NCBI GenBank assembly: GCA_051294375.1 | Contig: CM119263.1 | Span: forward strand, 15,602,532 to 15,666,531 | Length of the DNA stretch: 64,000 nucleotides | From: Paraspadella gotoi | Taxonomy: Eukaryota > Animalia > Chaetognatha | Direction: 5' to 3' | Shown here: one piece after another, positions 55,640 to 64,000 of the stretch | Numbering within the stretch: the stretch's first letter is position 1 | How the letters are laid out: each line of letters starts with the position of its first letter | Made by a program: the position numbers and the translations under genes | Notes under the pieces: model-generated | The model's input: only the letters and a program-made list of their open reading frames with translations | Told to the model about the DNA's origin: nothing | The model's database searches: none

Positions 55640-57394
55640 TATTCTTAGTATTTTGTTTTTGAGCGTTTTAAGGATATTTTTTTCTTTTTGTCATTTAGCT
55701 TAATTGTTTTCTATGGATTGGTCTCTTATTTTGTTTTATATTTATAAACAAGTTAGTTTTATGTCAATGTTTTATTCTCGTAAAAATACTCTTGTGTTAT
55801 ATTTAGAATCTACATTGTCATAACCTTAATTCAATTTGTAATATATTTATTATTCAAAAAATTGAACTTCATAATAAACGATTATTTTTATCTGATTCGC
55901 GGCTATCATGAGAAAGTTTGTATTAGCTACAGTTAACTAGAAAAGCCACACCGTTCGGGGAAAATTATTGTTTACTGTAAATATTTAAAAATTTCAATTT
56001 CAATTAAACTAATACGAAAAAAACCTATTCGGGTTTTATTCAATGAAAAACAAATGTCCGCCAGAGACCTATTCGCATTTGAAGGATCTCAAGAAAACGG
56101 AAAGGTCATTGGAATCTCAGCCACAGAAGCAGACACGACAACGAAGACAACCAAGAAAACGAATGAAACCGCAAGAGAAAGAGATTTAATGATGAGTTCG
56201 ATCGAGATAACAATTTCTTTCTTTCCGTTAAACTTAAAGATCCAAGTATCGTATTCTAAAAATAAAATAAATTTTAGGAGTCAATCCAAGCTCCATAACC
56301 CACAGTTAATGCAAAATGATAGAACAGAGTACAAACTTGTAGTATTATTGCTCAGTTTATCGTTAAAAAACCTGAAATAATCTTGGCAACTTTCGTTTCA
56401 TCTCCGTCGGCAGCAGATTCCACATCAGCGCCTACGAATGCAGCAGCAAACATCAGGGTCGGAGAGCAGCGGCGTAGAGAGCTCACCTCCGCTGCAGCTT
56501 CTCTTCTTTTCCATCGTTTTGGAATAGAATCGAATCAGTTGAGTAAGTTTCTGCCTTAGCCGGGTGAGTTTGTGCCACTGCCGGCATTGCAAATTGGCCA
56601 CGATGGCAAACGATGCCACACCCATTTTTCATGCCTCCAGATTTCGCAGGGCTTCAGTGTCGTCGTCGTTATAGTCGCTTGCATTTTTCGTTGTTAATTC
56701 TACGCCCAACTTTAAAAAAAAGAATCGAAAAAATATATTGTTTTATTAATAATAAAAAAAACTTAAAAAAAAAAAATATTCTTTGGAAATTCAAAAGTTG
56801 AAGAAGCAACCACCAATAACAAAGTAAGTTATACATTCATTTTACTTCGTTATTTTACTTTATTTAATTTACTTTATGTTCTTTTCGGACGGCCATGCTT
56901 TTACATGCTCAAAGAATGATTTCATTTTCTGCTTCTTACCATATTTTTTATCATGCCGGATTGCTTCGAGCTAATTACGAATTCGCCCCTTTTTAACTTA
57001 CCCTTGCTAATTTTACGAACATGCAACTTGCTCCGTTACCTCCTTCACTCCTCCTCTTCCTCCTCTTCCTCCGCCACCGCCACCTCGACCCTTTTCGCTA
57101 CCTCCTTTTTTTTTTAATCCCTTTGCATCCTTCGGTTGAGCTTTGGCCCGATTGGCCGAGAATCAAAAGAGCTCGGATTTTAAATGACTTTTTAAATAAA
57201 TTAATCACTAAGATAGTAAGAAGATTATTTAACAAATATCCTTGGATTTTGTTTAGAAACAAGAAGATTCAAAATACAGCGTTCGCAGCATGTAATACAA
57301 TATTACAACGAAAAAGCATCTAGCGGAGAAGAAAACAAACAAAGCGACATCGATCGTCTGTCCACCGTTTTCTGGCTTTTGTTCATCACACGTT

Positions 57395-57510
<116 letters not shown>

Positions 57511-57562
57511 TTCTCGCCTTCCTCTCACGACATCACTTTGTCAGCCGCCCTTTGTCGTCGCC

Positions 57563-60500
57563 ATGATGGATCTTAACGCTCGCGTTTGGGCGCCGCACCC
57601 GACCGAGGGATTTAAGATGGGTCACGTGATCGACATCACTTCGGATTGCATCTCCATTGAGCCATCGACGAACCGGGTAAAAAGCAGTCAACGCCAAGCA
57701 GCGATAAATTTATCTAATTGTCTAATTATCTAATTCAATCTCCTCAACAGGTTCCGCCATCTCGGCTCGTTGGGATCGGGTGTTCCCAGCCGCCGACGAC
57801 GACGACGTTTGCGACGACAACTGCGCCCTCGTTTACCTCAACGAAGCAACGCTGTTGAACAACGTGCGTCTCCTCTACAAGCGAGACGCCATCTACTCTT
57901 ACGTCGCCAACATTCTCATCGCCGTTAATCCCTACAAGGCGAGGCGAAATGCTGACTGATTCGGATTGGCCTTTTGCCATTTTTGTTCTTTTTTTGTGAC
58001 GGAGATTTTGGCCAACTTTAGGCAACTGACAAATTTTAAGTTAAAAAAATTAATTACTTTAAAAATGTCTATGTTGCAATTAGTTTTATGAAAATATTCT
58101 TTATTCCTTTTATTTTTATCGTCTGTTATTTTATAAGAAAAATGATCATTTTACATTATCTTTTTTTTATTACTTTTTTCTCTTTCCTAACATTAAAACT
58201 CGTTAAGACTGATCTCCCTCCCATTTTCCCCTCTCAACCCTTCCGCGCAGGCGATGCCTCTTCTCTACGACGAGGCGACGGTTTTGCGATACCGCGGCAA
58301 ATCGCTGGGTACTCTGCCCCGCACGTGTTTGCGGTGGCGGACAAGGCGTTCCGGGACATGCGGGCGCTAGCAAAGCCAGTCCATCGTGGTGTCGGGCGAG
58401 TCGGGCGCCGGGAAGACCGAATCTACAAAGCACGTCCTAAAATATCTGACGGGAGTGGGAGCGGTGTCGGCGGCGTCGGCTGCGGCTGCTGGACGCGGCG
58501 TCATAGAGCGCCGCATCGTCGAGTCCAATCCGCTGCTCGAGGCGTTCGGCAACGCCAAGACGGTGCGCAACAACAACAGCAGCAGATTCGGAAAGTTCAT
58601 CGAGATTCACTACGACGAGAAATATCAAGTGGTGGGCGGGCACATCTCGCACTACCTGCTGGAAAAATCGAGGATCTGTTTGCAGGTTTCAATCAATCAT
58701 TAATCAATACTACATCCTACATAGTGATACCCTGTTCNNNNNNNNNNNNNNNNNNNNNNNNNNNNNNNNNNNNNNNNNNNNNNNNNNNNNNNNNNNNNNN
58801 NNNNNNNNNNNNNNNNNNNNNNNNNNNNNNNNNNNNNNNNNNNNNNNNNNNNNNNNNNNNNNNNNNNNNNNNNNNNNNNNNNNNNNNNNNNNNTAATAAT
58901 TCCATTCTTTTCCCGAGGGATGCGGGGAACGAAACTACCACATCTTCTACCGCCTCTGCGCCGGCGCTCCGGAGCCGTTGCGAAAGAGGCTGTCCTTGGG
59001 CTCCGATCCGCGCGGGTTCCTCTATCTCAACCGGGGGTGCGCCGATCTCTTCAAGTCGGGCGACTCGCCGGCGACGGAGGTGGACGGCGGACTGAGAGAC
59101 GCCTCCCTCGACGACGTCTCCGATTTCGCCGTCACCGACGCCGCCATGACGCACTGCGGGATGGGAGACGAAGAGCGGATGAGCATTTACGAAACGGTAC
59201 GGATTTTTCGAAAATGATCGGAGACGGTCGAAGGACGCACAGTTAGTTTGATCGCCTGTCAGTCTGATTTATTATTTTGCCTGTCCAATTAATATGTATT
59301 CTTTCCTCCAAGGTTGCGGCCGTGCTGCATCTGGGCAACGTCAGTTTCGACGCCAACGACGACGATTCCCGCGGGGGATGCTCCGTCGTCGGCGACCTGG
59401 ACGACCCGCTGCAACCCCTTTGCACCGCCGCCCGCCTGCTGGGCGTGGCTCCCGAAGAACTCCGAGAGGCTCTGACATCGCGGGTCATGCAGACGGCCAA
59501 GGGCGGCTACAAAGGGACGGTTATTAAGGTAAATTGATATATAATACAAACTGCTTTTTTTCAAAAGTTTGATTACAAGCGTTAATTTAATGTACGTCCA
59601 GGTACCGTTGAAGGTTCACGAAGCGCAAAACGCTCGAGACGCTCTCGCCAAGGCCATCTACTCGCGTCTCTTCGACCACATCGTCCGCGGCGTAAACAAG
59701 GCGATTCCTTTCAGATCCTCCACCGACTACATCGGCGTTCTGGATATTGCTGGGTTCGAATATTTTCAGAAAAACTCTTTCGAGCAATTCTGCATCAACT
59801 ATTGTAACGAGAAGCTTCAGCAATTTTTTAACGAACGCATCCTGAAGGAGGAGCAGGCTCTGTACGAGAGAGAGGGTCTGAACGTGAAACGCATCGTTTA
59901 CGTGGACAACCAGGATTGCATCTCCCTGATCGAATCGAAAGCAATGGGGATTCTCGACATCCTGGACGAAGAGTCGAAGCTGCCGTGCCCAACCTTCGAT
60001 CACTTCACCAACATGGTGCATCAGCAGAACAAAGGTCACTTCCGGCTTGATTTTCCTCGAAAGTCCAAGCTCAAGGTTCATCGGGACCTTCGCGACGACC
60101 AAGGGTTCCTGATACGCCACTTTGCCGGCGCAGTTTGCTACGAGACGCAGCAGTTTATCGAGAAGAACAACGACGCGCTGCATCAGGGACTCGAGTTTCT
60201 CATGATCGACAGCAAGAACAAGTTCGTCCGCGACCTGTTCGAATCGTCGGCAACTACGCCCGCTCAGACCAAAAAGCCTTTGGAGATGCGCGGAAGCACC
60301 AAGGCTAAACCCTCTAAATTAAATTTCATTTCTGTCGGATCCAATTTTCGCAAGCAGCTGAATCAGCTGATGGAGAAGCTTAGTTGCAGCGGAACTCACT
60401 TTGTCCGTTGCATTAAGCCCAATCCGCACATGATCAGCGGGCGATTCGAAGGGGCGCAGATTCTATCGCAGCTGCAGTGCTCGGGCATGGCGTCCGTTTT

Positions 60501-62293
60501 GGATCTCATGCAGCAAGGTTATCCGTCCCGCGCGCCATTTCAAGACGTTTACAACAAGTACAAGGCATTCATGCCAAAGAAGCTACTCAGTTTGGATCCT
60601 CGTATGTTTTGCAAGGCGTTGTTCAAAGCTCTCGGTCTCAACGACGTCGACTTCAAGTTTGGCCTCACAAAGATCTTCTTTCGTCCGGGGAAATTTGCCG
60701 AATTCGACTCCGTCATGAAATCGGATCCCGAACACTTGAAGGAGCTTGTCGGTCAAGTGATGAGCTGGCTGCTGCGGCACAGATGGCGCAAAGCGCAGTG
60801 GGGAGTTCTCTCCATCATAAAGCTGAAAAACAAAATCCTATATCGCCGGGAAAATGTCGTCATCTTGCAGAAAAACTTTCGGATGCTCAAGGAGCACAAT
60901 CGTCACGCCCCTCGCTACATGGGGATAGGAAATCTCAAGTTGCTGGGGAATCAGATGGAGTCGATGAAGGAGGTGGCGACGCAGCTGAAGGGCGACGCTG
61001 GAGATCGTCACCGTCGCGAGGTTGCCGCCCTCGAGGCCGGAATCGAGCGGGAGATCGAGGGAATCCGCAAAAATCCCCGGATGTCGTCGGCGGAGATTGT
61101 GGACAGAACGGCCAACATCATGGTCGCGATCGACGAGGAGCTGAAGGCCATTAAGATCGATATGCAGCAGCAGAAGAACCAGGAAGAGAGGGAGCAACTG
61201 AGGAAGATTCAGGAGGAAGTAAAGAGGGAGAGGGAAAAGAAGGAGGCCGAGGAGGAGAAGAAGAGAAAGGAGGAGGAGGATCGGCGAAAAAGGGCCGAGT
61301 TGGAAGCTCGCCGCAAATTGGAGGAAGAGGAGTCACGGCGCCGGGAGGAGGAGAGGCTTCGTCAGGAGGAAGAGGACCGCAAAACGGCCGAGGCGCTTCA
61401 GCGACAACTCTCTCGCGAGAAGGCGGAAGAGGAGTCTCGTCAGCGGAGGGAGCAGGAGCAACGCGACCACGAGTTGGCAATGCGCTTGGCGACGGAGACC
61501 AATAGCGAGGTAGAGTCTCTGCCGTCGACGCTGCGGAGATCGCAGACGATCGTCAACGAGCGCCAGAGCAACTTGCTGAAGAAGCACGATCTCTCCAAGT
61601 GGAAGTACGCCGAGCTGAGGGACACCATCAACACCAGCTGCGACATGGAGCTGCTGGAGTCGTGCCGCGAAGAGTTCCACCGCCGACTCAAGGTGTATCA
61701 CCAGTGGAAGACGGCCAACAAGCGGCACCATGTGGCTGCGGCCGCCGCAGCCGACGAGCGCGCGCCACGGGACATCATCCGTCACGCTGCCTTCGCCGCC
61801 AGCGTCAACGGAGCCCCCGCTAACGAGGCGCGATATTTTCGAGTCCCTTTTACGAGAAACGCAGGACGTCCGACGGCCGACGGACCGCAGGGCGTCAAGA
61901 GGGGATGGTGGTATGGAAAAGTAGCCTCGAATATTCATTTGGTGGCTAAATCTAAACTAAGCACTACCTAAACTAAGTTTATATTTTTCATAAAAAACTT
62001 GACCATTTTAGCTTGGTCCAATTCATTTCCTTCCACGTCCCTGGTAATTTTTTTAAAATAATTTTTTTATCTTTAAAAAAAAAAGGTACGCGCACTTTAA
62101 CGGCAGATGGATCCAGCGACAGATGGAGATCTACCCCAACGCGCCCGCCGTCTTGCTCATTGCTGGCAAGGACGACATGCAAATGTGCGAATTGGCCTTG
62201 GACGAAACGGGGCTGACTAACAGAAAAGGGGCCGAAATTCTGGAGACAGATTTCGAAAGAGAATGGAAGAAGCACGAAAAGTTTAAGAATTGA
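57563..62293 (+). CDS. MYO6: Unconventional myosin VI
   Basis: N-terminus [13 protein letters not shown]; [15 protein letters not shown]; P-loop GESGAGKT; [10 protein letters not shown]; DIAGFEYF. Myosin VI-specific insert 2 region ([29 protein letters not shown]), ER/K single-alpha-helix, [44 protein letters not shown], and a cargo domain RYFRVPF..GWWYAHF.G.WI.RQME. Single-base frameshifts near 57662, 58320 and 58370 look like assembly errors. Confidence 0.97.
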
Positions 62294-63329
62294 ATAAATA
62301 TTTTTATAGGTTATTTAAAATTATGTAGCATTCATAAAACAAATTTTTAGTCTCTTTTCTTTTACCTATGGATTTGAATGGAATGTAATTATTTATAAAT
62401 CAATGGAATCAATTATAAAAAACTTTTCGTATAGTAACGAAAAATTATAATTATTAATTATCATGTAATATAAATATATTCACTTTTCAGTGAAATGACG
62501 AAATAGAGAAATATATTTGAAATACATATTTATTTATTGTTCAAACATGTAAAAAAATGGAAGTCTGTGGTTTCATTTTGTACGTACATGTGAAAAAATT
62601 TTTTGGAACTATTTTAACACAACAATACGTTTATTTAACAATTATAAATTATAACCGTTTGAAACCAACTTTTTTAATTTTCTAGTGAGATTTAAAATCA
62701 AGAAAGAATGAAAAATATTTGCTTTTGCTGGATCTTTTGCAATAATTTTTGAAAACATTTATTTACTCTTCCCATTTTTAACAATTTCTTGCGTAGAGAT
62801 CTTGCGTAGAGATCTAGGTTAATATTTCTGCTTTATTTCTACGGTCTGTATTGTCGTAATTTGGCTATCGAAGTATAAATAAATATTTTAATACAATCTT
62901 TTTACTATCTAAAATTAGTCATCAAAATAAAAAATCGAGAAATACAAAAATATGGAATATAATAATTTATAAAATGAATCACGAAATTCACAGAAAATGA
63001 GAAAAAGTGAATTATATAGCAAATTTCTTTGTTCGATTCTTACTAATTTTCTTTGAGTTTTGAGTCGGAGTATTTTTATGAAATTCATACTTTGTTTATA
63101 CTTGTTGTCTTAAAAAAGTGTTGTGAAATCATCTATAGATAGTATCCAGAAAGTGAGCAAGTGTCGGCTTGGGTTTCATTTATTTTCTCCAATTTATTTT
63201 TCCTCGATTACGAGCGTGAGGTGAACGGGTCCGGTGGAGTGAAACATGGTAACTTGTAAAGCACTACGGACGAATTACGATTTCTGCGGTGATCTAGATG
63301 CTCTCGATTTACAGGAGTGAGGTCAAGAT

Positions 63330-63577
63330 TCACTTAGAGCGAGTCATCTTGCTGCTTTTGTCTTCGTCGAATCGCTCTGACTCGTCGGACGTTTTTGTCC
63401 TCCATCGCAAGATGAGAACGGCGTACTTGAGCGGACGGACCGCGGTGCCCGGGTTGGGGGGCAGAGGCTTAGGCGCCGGTGCGGGCTTCCCGTTGACCTG
63501 TAGTCGGTTACGCGTGCTTTTGAGGTCGTGGTAGATGAGTCGGGGCATTTTTGAGCGGTTGAGAGAACTCGAGCTGC
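63330..63577 (-). CDS. Probable exon of an unidentified gene extending beyond the window
   Basis: A GC-rich open segment follows a CACGCAG acceptor (..MPRLIYHDLKSTRNRLQVNGKPAPAPKPLPPNPG..). No recognisable domain. Confidence 0.3.
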
Positions 63578-64000
63578 CTGCGTGAGAAAGTTGTTAGGTT
63601 TTGACCCGTTAATCTCTCTTGAGGTCTGTGAAGTTCGTCTACCAGTGGAGTACGTTTCGAGTTTTCGCGCTTTGACAAAAAGGTCCAGGTGGTTTTTTAG
63701 AGTTTTAACTTTTAAGTGAACGAAGAAAGTCTTTCTTTTTTTTTTTGTGAAATTTTCTGTTACTGTCTAAAAAATTTCGATGGGGAATGAGTTAGGAAAA
63801 AAAAGCAGGCGAGTTAAAAGTGGTTTTGTGGCTTTTGAGAATAAAAAGCAGAAGCTCGAGTCTCTTTGTTTGCGATTCAGTCGCCATCGATCGGCTTTTA
63901 TAAGAAAAGAAGAGGCGAAGAGTTGCATGACTAAATGGATTCGTTGTTATCGTTGCAAGGGACGCCCGGAGACGAGCCTTCCAGAAGCGACATGACATGA

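Noticed and set aside
57660-58380. Frameshifts in myosin VI (pseudogene or programmed frameshifting)
   Set aside because: Two of the three fall in C-runs, and the rest of the gene has an uninterrupted 800-codon ORF. Sequencing indels are far more likely.
59587-61938. Long antisense ORFs opposite myosin VI
   Set aside because: They are shadow ORFs of a GC-rich coding exon.

Overview
This is eukaryotic, intron-rich, AT-rich invertebrate animal DNA from a draft assembly, with many (GA)n/(CT)n microsatellites, N-gaps and single-base indels inside conserved exons. Genes recognised by reading the exons: the 3' end of a divergent tropomyosin (+), an SDR9C/RDH-HSD17B6-like dehydrogenase (-), a GH18 chitinase with an upstream Ig-like exon and flanking transmembrane exons (-), an unknown single-pass membrane protein (-), a multi-Ig cell-adhesion protein (-), a BK-channel beta-subunit (KCNMB)-like gene lacking its 5' end (-), an sNPF/PrRP-type neuropeptide GPCR (+) and myosin VI (+). 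Non-genic content includes a complete 738-bp TRIM-like mini LTR element with a 4-bp TSD, several MITEs, a tRNA-like element and a family of short fold-back inserts carrying minimal hammerhead-ribozyme cores (Penelope-like). A ~5.5-kb inverted duplication covering the GPCR 5' region is probably an amplification or assembly chimera. The best novelty candidates are the Ig-GH18-TM chitinase architecture and the hammerhead-bearing palindromic elements, plus unusually frequent GC donors and AAG/GAG acceptors. All calls are from manual reading; no database searches were run, and exon boundaries are approximate where noted.
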